Source of the DNA: Escherichia phage vB_EcoM_G2540-3 | Length of the DNA stretch: 64,000 bases | Strand: one strand, 5' to 3' | Sequence record: MK327944.1 | Shown: piece after piece, positions 20,704-32,770 of the stretch | Numbering within the stretch: position 1 is the first letter of the stretch | Layout: each line of letters opens with the position of its first letter | Position numbers and translations under genes: made by a program | Notes under the pieces: model-generated | The model's database searches: none | What the model saw: only the letters and a program-made list of their open reading frames with translations | Told to the model about the DNA's origin: nothing

Positions 20704-21542
20704 TAGAATGCTCCTTGGAAAATATTATCACCACAAGTAGGTCTATTATACAAATACTCTATACCGCCGGGTTTAATATAGTTCCATGTCTGAAACGGAT
20801 GCGTCTGATATGGATGATATAGATGATTATAAGGATTAAATCCAGGAGTTCTCCAGGTAGTGTTCCAAGGAAAAGAATCGTTTTTAATCATCTTTTCAAT
20901 TACATCTTTTATAGCTTTTTCACTATCAAAACTTTCTTTATTTTCCTTTGGTGAAAAAAGCTTATTCTCTACATCGTTCCATGTATAAACTCGCTGAGCA
21001 GTTTTTGGAATACTGTCACGTTCCCCTCGAGCCATCCAATAAACAGGAACACTTAATATTTCACTCGCGTGGTCGCAGTGGTGAGCGAGATCGTCAATAT
21101 AACAAATTACGTTATATTTCTCTTTTGCCTTTTTGAACAACTCTTCTTTTGAAGAATCATGACCACACATCAGTACTTCTGAGAAGGCACCAGGAAAAAG
21201 AGCATTCAAATTAAATTGACGATTCAGCAGAGCGTCAATAGAATCACCCAGTGCTGTAACAGCTACAAAATTATAATCTTCTTTTAATTTGTTAATTACA
21301 CACAGGGCATCTTTATATGGCGACAAGTAACGAATAAAATCTGAACGATTGTATTTTTCAATTAGCTTAACGCCAAGTTCTTCATCACAATTAAAAAGTT
21401 TACCAGGAGAAATAAATTTCTCATCTTGGATCATTTTTAAAATATGTTCTAACGGAAGATTATATTTCTGAGCAAAATAAGGAAGGCCTGATTGCCAGCT
21501 TAAACATACTCCATCAATATCAGTTAAAATAGTAGGCTTCAT
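20703..21542 (-). CDS. HAD-superfamily phosphatase-like protein (30.2 position)
   Basis: 279 aa with N-terminal DxDGV motif (LTDIDGVC). Confidence 0.65.
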   Translation of the reverse strand: MKPTILTDIDGVCLSWQSGLPYFAQKYNLPLEHILKMIQDEKFISPGKLFNCDEELGVKLIEKYNRSDFIRYLSPYKDALCVINKLKEDYNFVAVTALGDSIDALLNRQFNLNALFPGAFSEVLMCGHDSSKEELFKKAKEKYNVICYIDDLAHHCDHASEILSVPVYWMARGERDSIPKTAQRVYTWNDVENKLFSPKENKESFDSEKAIKDVIEKMIKNDSFPWNTTWRTPGFNPYNHLYHPYQTHPFQTWNYIKPGGIEYLYNRPTCGDNIFQGAF

Positions 21543-22003
21543 AGAGAGTCTCTTAATAGGTTTAACACATCAATAAATTCAGCTTCGGTTAGTATTGTAT
21601 CATCTTTTGTTAGACCACTAGCCATGCTGTGCTTCAAAACTTTTCCTTTCGAGGCTAGTAATGCATCACGAAAGCCCTTGTTTTGAATCGCTGCTTCAAA
21701 ATATGCATTTGTGTATAATTCTTTCCACGCCGGGGAGTATCTTGAAAACGGAACTCCGAGCCAGAAGAGGGTCCCACGGTCCTGAGCTCTTGCATAAGAC
21801 CTTCCAGCTTGCTGTGCGGCAAGCCCGGATAACCCAAATATACGACGTTGTTGTTCAACATTTTTCACCTTACACCCTTGGAGGAATCCTTCGAGACCTC
21901 CAAATTGAATACCATCCATGACGAAAGGCCATTGGGCGAAATTACTTAATGCACATGATGGCCACCTAAAATTGCTTCTAATCTCTAACTCAGACATTTT
22001 CAA
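21539..22003 (-). CDS. YbiA/NADAR-like protein (30.3 position); likely true ATG start near 21997
   Basis: Motif CALSNFAQWPFVMDGIQFGGLEGFLQGCK resembles YbiA/NADAR core (FSNFAAWP…DG…); first track codon is TTG. Confidence 0.6.
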   Translation of the reverse strand: MKMSELEIRSNFRWPSCALSNFAQWPFVMDGIQFGGLEGFLQGCKVKNVEQQRRIFGLSGLAAQQAGRSYARAQDRGTLFWLGVPFSRYSPAWKELYTNAYFEAAIQNKGFRDALLASKGKVLKHSMASGLTKDDTILTEAEFIDVLNLLRDSL

Positions 22004-22196
22004 TGCTTATAATTTCAACATCAGCCCAATGACCATAGCAAGGAAGACGAAATTCAACTGGCCAGTTAGGGTCCTTTTCTAATATAATAGACTCAACTCG
22101 TGGTTCTTCACGTTCATCAGTATATGGATTTTTATCTGTTACTTTATATGTGACCTTAATGTACTGAATTCCAAAAATCTTATTAATTATATTCAT
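21990..22196 (-). CDS. Hypothetical protein
   Basis: 68-aa ATG ORF in operon-like array. Confidence 0.5.
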   Translation of the reverse strand: MNIINKIFGIQYIKVTYKVTDKNPYTDEREEPRVESIILEKDPNWPVEFRLPCYGHWADVEIISIENV

Positions 22197-22390
22197 ACTA
22201 ATTCCTTTAATCCGTAGATAGGAGATAATTCATCACCCATACGAAGGTCTTCATTTCCATCTACCCAGGAAACAATATAAGCCTCTTTTATTTGAATACC
22301 ACTCCATTTAAATGGAGGTAGAACCTTAGAAATTAATCCAGGTATACCAACTCCCTTTAATTCAACAGTTTGACCTAAAAAGAATTTCAT
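22193..22390 (-). CDS. Hypothetical protein
   Basis: 65-aa ATG ORF. Confidence 0.5.
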   Translation of the reverse strand: MKFFLGQTVELKGVGIPGLISKVLPPFKWSGIQIKEAYIVSWVDGNEDLRMGDELSPIYGLKELV

Positions 22391-22677
22391 TAGAACCTCA
22401 TCTGAAAACCGTGCGATTTAACATTACCGCCGCCAATATCAGAAATGTTAATTTCACGCGCAATTGAAGGGTCAATGTCAATTTCGCGATTGAGTTTAGT
22501 GATAGCTAAAGTATCACGCCCATTTACAGTACGGAACTCTAGAGGACAAACCACATTAACGTAGTTTTTAATCGATTCACTGGTAGGTTGCAAATGAGCA
22601 GGAAGGTCTTTAGGCGCCTTAGAAAAAACCACTTCACAGAAGTTTTTACGAGTATCAAAATAAGTAGTCATAAACAT
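22390..22677 (-). CDS. Hypothetical protein
   Basis: 95-aa ATG ORF. Confidence 0.5.
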   Translation of the reverse strand: MFMTTYFDTRKNFCEVVFSKAPKDLPAHLQPTSESIKNYVNVVCPLEFRTVNGRDTLAITKLNREIDIDPSIAREINISDIGGGNVKSHGFQMRF

Positions 22678-22718
22678 AGTATTTTCCTCAGCAAGGGGCC
22701 GAAGCCCCTCATTTTATT

Positions 22719-23084
22719 TTAAATATCAAATTCGTTAAGAACTACATCAAAGATTGCTTCAAGATGCTCAGGTTTAGCTCTATTACTCAGAATATGACGA
22801 ATCCAAGTTTTAACCAGAAGCTTGCGATTAACGCCATTCCAGCAAGGATGAGTCCCTAAATCGCGTTGACGAAAATCATCATCCAAAGCAATTTTGAAGT
22901 TGGAACCTTCCATTGTGATTGAAACCGTGATGCCATTTTCAAATCGCATATAAACGTAGTTAGGAGTCATATACTGTTCAATTTCGCATACTGATCCATT
23001 TTGATGTTTCCAAAGGCAGATAGTATCAATAGAACCTGCAATACCATTAGAAACATATTTACGTTCAAAGTTGATGTAGTTCAT
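22719..23084 (-). CDS. Hypothetical protein
   Basis: ATG at 23084 with SD ggaga (track ORF begins at upstream TTG). Confidence 0.5.
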   Translation of the reverse strand: MNYINFERKYVSNGIAGSIDTICLWKHQNGSVCEIEQYMTPNYVYMRFENGITVSITMEGSNFKIALDDDFRQRDLGTHPCWNGVNRKLLVKTWIRHILSNRAKPEHLEAIFDVVLNEFDI

Positions 23085-23151
23085 TTTATTCTCCAAGATG
23101 TTTAATTGCGGTACAGGTATATAATATCATATCCTGTACCAAAGTAAACAA

Positions 23152-23484
23152 TTATTTTACTACTTTCCAATGCTGCATGTCAAGTTTACCAACTTTTTTC
23201 ATCTTCTCAATTAAGCGTTCGGCACGTTGGCGAGCTGTAACATAATACCATTCACCTAATTCATTTTGTTCAATTTTTCCAACGATTACTGTATTCAATT
23301 CATAAATCCAACCAGTAAAGAAATTATGAACTTGAATTGTAAAGGTGAAATCTGTTCCCATACCTTCTGTTGTTTCTACTTCAATAATATCACCTTCAAC
23401 TGCCATTAAAAACCACATAGTTTCATCATATTTACCATTGAAGCATTTAGTTTTAACCGCAGCGTTCAGATTAATCGTTTTCAT
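23152..23484 (-). CDS. Hypothetical protein
   Basis: 110-aa ATG ORF. Confidence 0.5.
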   Translation of the reverse strand: MKTINLNAAVKTKCFNGKYDETMWFLMAVEGDIIEVETTEGMGTDFTFTIQVHNFFTGWIYELNTVIVGKIEQNELGEWYYVTARQRAERLIEKMKKVGKLDMQHWKVVK

Positions 23485-23557
23485 TTTATTCTCCTTTGTT
23501 TGTGTAAGATAATACTATCACAAAGGAACCATACTGTAAACAACTTTGTGCAATCTT

Positions 23558-23590
23558 TGGAAAATAAAAAAGGACTCCCGAAGGAGTCCT
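23558..23590 (-). terminator. Intrinsic terminator (aaggactcccgaaggagtcctt plus T-run) downstream of the basic small protein
   Basis: Perfect hairpin, T-run on minus strand. Confidence 0.6.
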
Positions 23591-23594
23591 TAAC

Positions 23595-23771
23595 TTATGC
23601 TTTCTGCTTACCAAAACGAGAAGCATCATCTCGAAGAACCGCACGTGCTCGGCGCATGATCTTCTCAACAGTTTGATTGATACGAGAGTTCGACCCACGC
23701 TTGTAACCAGCGCGTTTAGAATCACCAACTTTCTTTTCAACTGCTTTCTTTGCTTTAGCTTGTTTTGCCAT
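23595..23771 (-). CDS. Small lysine/arginine-rich protein (30.9 position)
   Basis: MAKQAKAKKAVEKK… 58 aa from ATG at 23771 with SD aaagag; followed by terminator. Confidence 0.55.
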   Translation of the reverse strand: MAKQAKAKKAVEKKVGDSKRAGYKRGSNSRINQTVEKIMRRARAVLRDDASRFGKQKA

Positions 23772-24016
23772 TATAAATTCTCTTTTAAATGAAAATGCAG
23801 GACTTATTGGCATTGCCTGCGCAAGCCCTCAAGGGGAACATAGGTTTTTGGATATTTAACGACCAGGATAACCATAAACCCGTCATCATTCACATTCAAG
23901 AGGTACACCATAAAACTGCCGGGGTCTTAAAACTATAATGATTCGCAAATCATTAATCAGACAGTTCGATGGCTCCTCGATTTTAGCTCACACTAAGGCA
24001 GTGACTCTCCAATAAA

Positions 24017-24265
24017 TTACTTCAGTGTTACCACAAAGTGACGAACTGCTTTTCGTGCAGCAGAAGCCAAAGGCTTAGCATATTTAAGTTCATCTTTTTC
24101 CTGAAGCTCAGCAGCTAATGCAGTTTGAGCAGGATTTAGATGTTTGAAATAACGCAGGATTTCAAGAGCTTCGGCTTCAACATCAATAGATGCGCCATAG
24201 TTTTCGTGACCATTATTCCATGCGTTTCGTTGCAGTTCAAGAGCGTGTTGTAATTGTTTAATCAT
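24017..24265 (-). CDS. rIII: rIII lysis-inhibition accessory protein
   Basis: 82 aa, MIKQLQHALELQRNAWNNGHENYG…, position next to gene 31. Confidence 0.85.
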   Translation of the reverse strand: MIKQLQHALELQRNAWNNGHENYGASIDVEAEALEILRYFKHLNPAQTALAAELQEKDELKYAKPLASAARKAVRHFVVTLK

Positions 24266-24412
24266 TTAAAAATTCTCGTTAGAGATTAAAACTCGGTAGT
24301 CACGTTCTTCTGAATTTCATCTTCTTTCGACAGATCTCTCAGTTGTAGACTACCACGTAGAATTGTTCGGTTAACTTATTATTCCGACACCCAATTCATA
24401 TTATTATTTATA

Positions 24413-24748
24413 TCACTTATAAAGACATGGAATAGCTTTATAGTGGCAAGTGACGAATTTTTGTTTAATTTCTTTTGGCTGCTTAAGACCCAGAGCTACA
24501 AAAGGATGCGGAACGTTTCGAATTTGACCAACTGGAAGAGAAGTCAAATCACCAACTTCACAAAAACCTTCAGGAACATCATGACCGACAGAGTGAATTA
24601 CACACAGTTCAGGAACTTCACCTTGAACACGTTTACCGATAATAAGTCCTGATTCTGTAACTTCTTCATCACCGGCTTGTGCAGGTTCAGAAACTAAAAT
24701 AACATATTCACCTACAGCACGAATTGGTAGCTGTTGTACTTCAGACAT
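24413..24748 (-). CDS. 31: Co-chaperonin gp31 (GroES analogue)
   Basis: 111 aa, [22 protein letters not shown]…. Confidence 0.9.
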   Translation of the reverse strand: MSEVQQLPIRAVGEYVILVSEPAQAGDEEVTESGLIIGKRVQGEVPELCVIHSVGHDVPEGFCEVGDLTSLPVGQIRNVPHPFVALGLKQPKEIKQKFVTCHYKAIPCLYK

Positions 24749-24804
24749 CGTTTTTCCTTTTTGTTAACAGATGAATTAATAATAACAAATAATTCTTAAA
24801 GCAT

Positions 24805-25113
24805 TTATTTACCAATAAATTGAAGCAAATGCTCAACTTTCATACCATTAACGGAAATCAATTTGTCAATAGAAAAACCTCGCCATGCACCAAGCTCAAC
24901 ATCAAATACTGGAATCATGTCAGTAGATTCTTTCCGAGTAGATTCAGTCAATTTGCCAGTTTGCATGGTTGGCATAAAGTCTGCATCACGAGTACCTTTC
25001 ATAGTACGAATAGTACCGTCAGACTTTTCAAAAACTACGTTTGAAATACCCATGGACAATTTAGTTTTTAAAATTTCGCGAATTGCTACTTTCTGCTCAG
25101 TTGTCAGTTTCAT
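24805..25113 (-). CDS. Hypothetical protein (31.1 position)
   Basis: 102-aa ATG ORF. Confidence 0.55.
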   Translation of the reverse strand: MKLTTEQKVAIREILKTKLSMGISNVVFEKSDGTIRTMKGTRDADFMPTMQTGKLTESTRKESTDMIPVFDVELGAWRGFSIDKLISVNGMKVEHLLQFIGK

Positions 25114-25350
25114 TTATTTACCTATCACAGTTTTAATATGAGTTGTTCCACGTTCTTTAAGGGTGGAAAGTAATTTTTGGCATTTTTCTAAATCAGATTT
25201 CCAACTATATGGTCTATCAATACTAGTCCAATCAGTTTTATAATACTGTTTCCATTTAGAGAAAAAATATTTCTTATACTCTACAGCAAATGAGATGTTC
25301 TCATTAGAATAAGAACTAATTGCTGTGAGCTTTACCAAACGAAATTTCAT
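25114..25350 (-). CDS. Hypothetical protein (31.2 position)
   Basis: 78-aa ATG ORF. Confidence 0.5.
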   Translation of the reverse strand: MKFRLVKLTAISSYSNENISFAVEYKKYFFSKWKQYYKTDWTSIDRPYSWKSDLEKCQKLLSTLKERGTTHIKTVIGK

Positions 25351-25931
25351 TATTCACCACAGAATTCGTTGATATTTTCCCAGTTTAACTTATTCAAGTT
25401 TTTCTTAGGAACATTAAACACTTCAATACCTGCATTTCGCAGAATATCATCCCAACCAGGTTTATTTTTATCGTATGTTTCACAATAAACCAGCTTTTTA
25501 ATTCCAGATTGAGCTATTGCTTTTGCACAATCTGGGCAAGGAGAAAGTGTTACATACATAGTAGCACCTTCAATAGAAGAACCATTTCGTGCAGCAAACA
25601 AAATTGCATTTAGTTCAGCATGAATTTCATTTTTAGATGACCATTCCGAGTGAGCACTACGATGTTCTTTCGCCAAGACAAAACGATCAGTTGAACCAAA
25701 TGATACGCATTCAGGCTTATGGCCTTGAATGATAGTATGTTTAGGCTTATTCAACAACCATCCTTGCTCAGCAGCATAATCACAACAGTTCACACCTCCT
25801 GCGGGTGAACCATTATACCCAGTAGAAATAATACGTCCATTCTTTTCAATTACTGCTCCTACCTTCCAGGAGCAACATTTTGATTCCTGCGATACTAAAT
25901 ATGCAATTTGAAGTACTGTACTCGCTTTCAT
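25350..25931 (-). CDS. cd: dCMP deaminase
   Basis: 193 aa, zinc-binding motifs HAELNAI and PCPDCAKAI. Confidence 0.93.
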   Translation of the reverse strand: MKASTVLQIAYLVSQESKCCSWKVGAVIEKNGRIISTGYNGSPAGGVNCCDYAAEQGWLLNKPKHTIIQGHKPECVSFGSTDRFVLAKEHRSAHSEWSSKNEIHAELNAILFAARNGSSIEGATMYVTLSPCPDCAKAIAQSGIKKLVYCETYDKNKPGWDDILRNAGIEVFNVPKKNLNKLNWENINEFCGE

Positions 25932-26266
25932 TTCATAATCACCAGATAAGCAGATTTAGTAGTTTCAACACGATAAATTTCGTGACGAAGTTTAGTTATA
26001 CTTTTAATAACAGAACTAATTATATTCTGCCCATCTTTAAAGCGGTTTTTCTTATCAATAAAAACTGCGCCAGTCATCTTTTTGTGAAGCTCAACTGGAT
26101 ACTTCGTCACAATAATAGCATCATACACAGAAGGATGAATACTATTCACCAGAGTATCATTCATTAAAGTTATTCTAATGAACTTTGCTGTTTCAGAGTC
26201 AAGCGCTCTATGATCACCAGTATCATTTTCAAGACAATTATCAATTATATCAGTTAAATTCATCAT
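25928..26266 (-). CDS. Hypothetical protein (cd.1 position)
   Basis: 112-aa ATG ORF. Confidence 0.5.
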   Translation of the reverse strand: MMNLTDIIDNCLENDTGDHRALDSETAKFIRITLMNDTLVNSIHPSVYDAIIVTKYPVELHKKMTGAVFIDKKNRFKDGQNIISSVIKSITKLRHEIYRVETTKSAYLVIMK

Positions 26267-26502
26267 AGTACGCCATACACCCTTTGTGCTTCAACTAATC
26301 CATCAAAATCCAATTTGAGATGTGTTATTTGATCACCATCACCTGGATTCACAATTACTAATACTGAACGAGGAGTTTCGGTAATAACACGAACCGATGT
26401 TTCAGGAAATCGTTCAGAAACCTTATTTACTAATTCCTGTGCAAATAGTTTAACTTTTTCTTGGAATTCTTTAACAGTAATTGGTTTTTCACTTAGCAGC
26501 AT
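26263..26502 (-). CDS. Hypothetical protein
   Basis: 79-aa ATG ORF. Confidence 0.5.
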   Translation of the reverse strand: MLLSEKPITVKEFQEKVKLFAQELVNKVSERFPETSVRVITETPRSVLVIVNPGDGDQITHLKLDFDGLVEAQRVYGVL

Positions 26503-26563
26503 TTTGTTTTCCTCATTTGTTTGGTAGAGCTATAATATCACAACTCTACCGTAAAGTAAACTA

Positions 26564-26839
26564 TTAAATCGCTTTGAATTCCGCAGTTTGAGATTCAAAG
26601 CGAATGTCGCCTTTGATAACTAACTCAGCATCAAGACCGAATACAACAATGATATGCGCGGAACCTGGATACAGCGTAATGGCAACAGAATCCACCTGGT
26701 CTGGAAGCAAAGTGTTCAATACATGAGTCACTTGAGCGTGGATTCGAAGCTCAGCTGCATTATCAAGTTTTTCAAACATATTATTAGCTATAATTTGGCT
26801 AAACACTACTTCTACGATTTTAGAGTAAGTCGGAAACAT
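26564..26839 (-). CDS. Hypothetical protein
   Basis: 91-aa ATG ORF. Confidence 0.5.
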   Translation of the reverse strand: MFPTYSKIVEVVFSQIIANNMFEKLDNAAELRIHAQVTHVLNTLLPDQVDSVAITLYPGSAHIIVVFGLDAELVIKGDIRFESQTAEFKAI

Positions 26840-26903
26840 ATTTACCTCACATAATTTTCTTCAAGCCAATTAATAATATCCCAAGTTTCATGGTGCAAAG
26901 CCA

Positions 26904-28129
<1,226 letters not shown>

Positions 28130-28132
28130 TTA

Positions 28133-28363
28133 TTATTTCTCAACCAATGATTGAATATAATCATGCAGGTCTTTAGATGCTTTACCCCACTTATTTTGGT
28201 ATTCATTTTTAAGATTAGCCCGAGATTGAGCTAATAAAACATCATTAGTTGGAGGTAAAGATTCTAATCGCTGAATCTGGCGTCCATAAATCATTGCAGC
28301 CATCTCGGATTCATAAATCAATCCTTTGAGATGTTCAAATTGATGCCATGAAATCATTTGCAT
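28133..28363 (-). CDS. Hypothetical protein
   Basis: 76-aa ATG ORF. Confidence 0.45.
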   Translation of the reverse strand: MQMISWHQFEHLKGLIYESEMAAMIYGRQIQRLESLPPTNDVLLAQSRANLKNEYQNKWGKASKDLHDYIQSLVEK

Positions 28364-28653
28364 TTATCCTCTTTTAACTCTTGACGATAATAACATATCA
28401 TAGTTTTCTGATCATGTACATATCGTTTTACATCATTAAGCCAAATGCGAAATTCCTGGGAATCTTCAAATGGCATACCGACCCAAGCTTTACCATCAAT
28501 AACTTTAACTTGCCAGGATAGTTTAGCTTCATCGTATGACTTTATTTGTACTGGCCAATTAGGATGAACTGTTTCTTTCTTTACTTCTAGAGGCTTTGTC
28601 GAACAACCAACTAGAAGACCAATAGATAATATTACTGCTGATAGTCTAATCAT
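28354..28653 (-). CDS. Outer-membrane lipoprotein, probable o-spanin (pseT.2-like)
   Basis: Signal peptide with lipobox LLVGC; immediately downstream of a membrane-anchored coiled-coil protein. Confidence 0.6.
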   Translation of the reverse strand: MIRLSAVILSIGLLVGCSTKPLEVKKETVHPNWPVQIKSYDEAKLSWQVKVIDGKAWVGMPFEDSQEFRIWLNDVKRYVHDQKTMICYYRQELKEDKCK

Positions 28654-29003
28654 TTAGAAAGGTCCTGGATGTCTTCTGCGAACTTGTTGAAGGAGTTGTT
28701 GATTTGTTTTTCAACCAATCCTGGCTTATGAGCCACCACATCCGCCTTCTTTGCGTCTTTGCGCAGTTTTTCATTTTCACGCTCAATAGCAGCAATTGCC
28801 TCACGATTTTTATTATTCATCGCATCAATATAATTATACTGAATTCGCAAATTATTTAATGCTAAAGCGTTTTCATTGGCCGTTTTTGTAATTTCTACAA
28901 CAGACGTTTCTAATCTTTCAATTTTATTTTTTAAAATTAAAGAAGTTCCGCCCAATGCAATTACAATTAATAACAAGCCTGCTGTCGTATTACTTAATTG
29001 CAT
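28650..29003 (-). CDS. N-terminally membrane-anchored coiled-coil protein, probable i-spanin (pseT.3-like)
   Basis: N-terminal TM helix (GLLLIVIALGGTSLIL) followed by charged helical region; 4-nt overlap with the lipoprotein gene. Confidence 0.6.
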   Translation of the reverse strand: MQLSNTTAGLLLIVIALGGTSLILKNKIERLETSVVEITKTANENALALNNLRIQYNYIDAMNNKNREAIAAIERENEKLRKDAKKADVVAHKPGLVEKQINNSFNKFAEDIQDLSK

Positions 29004-29500
29004 AAAGTTTTAATAACCTCTATAATATCGTCTTGAGAAAGACCGTTAATTAAAATATGATGTTCAGCCGGAGATTTAGAAATTTTAAAGCATGCCTCAA
29101 CATCTTCTGCCATATCCGATGCGCTACGATTTGGATTACTAATCCCAAGGCGGTGTTTTCCCGTCAAAGGATTAACGATGATATAGCATTTACAACTATT
29201 GATATGAACATTAGGCTGAGTCTGATTAATGAACACTTCACAATCATACTTAGCGAGTTGATTTTCTAAAAAGACTTTCATCTCTTCAACCGCATCAGGA
29301 AGCATATCACGGGCTTGCTCAAGACGACGATTTCGATATTCTTTAATGGTCGTTTTCCGCTTGACTTGCTTAGCTAAATCTTTCTTAAGATCGGTGATAT
29401 ATCCAACTCGACGATTTCCTTTGAATACAGAAATCCCATCTGTAGTATCACCGTATGCTTCAACGACCATTTCAGTAGTAATAAGTTGTAAATCCATCAT
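28994..29500 (-). CDS. alc: Alc, inhibitor of host transcription
   Basis: 168 aa at the T4 alc position between pseT region and rnlA. Confidence 0.7.
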   Translation of the reverse strand: MMDLQLITTEMVVEAYGDTTDGISVFKGNRRVGYITDLKKDLAKQVKRKTTIKEYRNRRLEQARDMLPDAVEEMKVFLENQLAKYDCEVFINQTQPNVHINSCKCYIIVNPLTGKHRLGISNPNRSASDMAEDVEACFKISKSPAEHHILINGLSQDDIIEVIKTLCN

Positions 29501-29507
29501 AAAGTCC

Positions 29508-29560
29508 TCATGTTATGTCAGTAAGACTACTATAACACAACACGAGGGACTTGTAAACAG
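29508..29560 (-). promoter_or_regulatory. Early-promoter-like cassette upstream of alc; identical to 16210-16262
   Basis: Same 53-bp sequence including -35 GTTTAC, -10 TATAGT and SD gagga. Confidence 0.55.
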
Positions 29561-29561
29561 C

Positions 29562-31149
<1,588 letters not shown>

Positions 31150-31176
31150 AATAAAATGGGCCTTGCGGCCCACTCC

Positions 31177-31679
31177 TTAAAAGTATTTTTTAAAACTCAT
31201 CATAACTTTATCATCAACATCATTATCAATCTGTGCAACAAGGTAAGATGACAGTTCTACTTCTTGTGGCGCGGATTGAACATTATCAGAATTAAGATAT
31301 TCACGAATCCAAGGATATGGATGTTTAACCGGAGCATCGGTAATTGGGCATGGAAGACCGCACTGTTTCATACGAGATACAGTTAAGTAATCAATAAAGC
31401 TCCACATGCTATTTGTATTTAATCCAGGAACATCACCATCTTTAAATAAATGAACTGCCCAATCTTTTTCTTGGCGGTTAACTTCCATGAAAATATCAAC
31501 TGCTTCTTGTTCACACTCTTGAGCAATTTTAACCCATTCATCGCCATCAGTGCCAAGTTGAAGTTGACGAATAATATATTGAGTGCCTTTAAGGTGAAGC
31601 TGCTCATCACGTGCAATGAACTTCATAATCTTGGCATTACCTTCCATGATTTCCATATTCTTGTGGAAGTTAAAGGTAC
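31177..31679 (-). CDS. nrdB: Ribonucleotide reductase small subunit NrdB, exon 2
   Basis: Continues R2 sequence …(C)TFNFHKNMEIMEGNAKIMKFIARDEQLH…; 3' splice site inferred after G at 31680. Confidence 0.7.
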
Positions 31680-32770
31680 CGTTATGTTCGATTGAGCTCG
31701 CTAATTCTCAACCCGTTCTCTTATGAACTGCTACATATTACTATGCAGACCAGACTATATCACAATCCCAGAGGGATTCTCCCCATTTCGAGTCGCTTGA
31801 CCCTACGTCCGAAGACTAGTCGTTGAACCTTGCTTTGCAATTGTCGCCGTGCCATCGTTTATATGTTGATGGTGATAAATCTTTCTTATCACAATATGGA
31901 CAATTCAATTGAATTCTATTTGGATTTAATTTACATCTGTCATTATGTTTTAGATAAAATCCAGGACCTTTACCAATGTGACCGCAGAAATCACATGTGA
32001 TTTCTTTTTGTGCAGGATGGGTCCCGTTCTTAACCATTTCTAATGTTTTTGCTGATGTTCTTTTCTTATGGTCTTCTGACAAGAAATGATGTGAACTGTC
32101 ATTTACCCGTTTTGATTGAGTTTCTGACTGCATTTTACCACCGCAAAATACATGAGTACCTTCTTTTATAGCTGCAATATTGCGTTCTTTAACTTTTGCA
32201 ATATGCTCAGCTTGTTGAAAATTATGTATACCTAATGCAACTCTATTTAAATTAGATTTACGCTGTATTTCACCGTCTAAAAGATGAAATGTACCATTTT
32301 CTATCTTAGATTTAATAGAGGCAATATTTTTAGCTCGTACTTCAGGGATATTAAAAATCTGGATTTCTCTAGATTTTGCGGCTTTAGAAGCTAATTCAGA
32401 AATTTCTTCAGGAGAATATTTCATTCTAAGCTTTATAGCATGACAAGCCTGGTAATCTTTTTGAGCTAAATGTATATCATAATGTTCCTGTATAGAAAGG
32501 CACATCAAATTATCTAAATCATTATTTTCACGGTTACCGTCTTTATGATGGATTTCGTATGTTCTTCCATCGGAATCTTTAGGTATAGGTCCGTTAGCAT
32601 CTATCCAAATTTTTCTATAGTTCAATTGTGCATCCTCTTAAAAGTATAATCATATTTATATTATACTAATTAAAGGTGCAAGCAAAACCTTGGCTGCTAG
32701 TTTTCCTATAAAGGACTTTCCAGCAATTAAAGGAGTTTTCGATAAACGTTACCGTTTAAAGGCGCATTTT
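31680..32770 (-). mobile_element. Group I intron in nrdB (about 1091 bp) carrying I-TevIII
   Basis: nrdB frame interrupted by an in-frame stop right after …FYVSFA; exon 1 ends in U, intron ends in G, junction restores a Cys codon as in other R2 proteins. Confidence 0.65.
31816..32625 (-). CDS. I-TevIII: Intron-encoded HNH homing endonuclease I-TevIII (full length, apparent TTG start)
   Basis: 269 aa, HNH motif EIHHKDGNRENNDLDNLMCLSIQEH, C-terminal Zn-finger-like CxxC pairs; inside nrdB intron. Confidence 0.8.
   Translation of the reverse strand: MNYRKIWIDANGPIPKDSDGRTYEIHHKDGNRENNDLDNLMCLSIQEHYDIHLAQKDYQACHAIKLRMKYSPEEISELASKAAKSREIQIFNIPEVRAKNIASIKSKIENGTFHLLDGEIQRKSNLNRVALGIHNFQQAEHIAKVKERNIAAIKEGTHVFCGGKMQSETQSKRVNDSSHHFLSEDHKKRTSAKTLEMVKNGTHPAQKEITCDFCGHIGKGPGFYLKHNDRCKLNPNRIQLNCPYCDKKDLSPSTYKRWHGDNCKARFND

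Noticed and set aside
23486-23740. 84-aa minus-strand ORF overlapping the small basic protein gene
   Set aside because: It spans a strong terminator hairpin and a promoter-like element, has no SD, and is in a different frame from the better-supported 58-aa basic protein; likely spurious.
31419-31695. Short ORFs on both strands within nrdB exon 2 and the intron edge
   Set aside because: They overlap the conserved NrdB reading frame and have no independent support.
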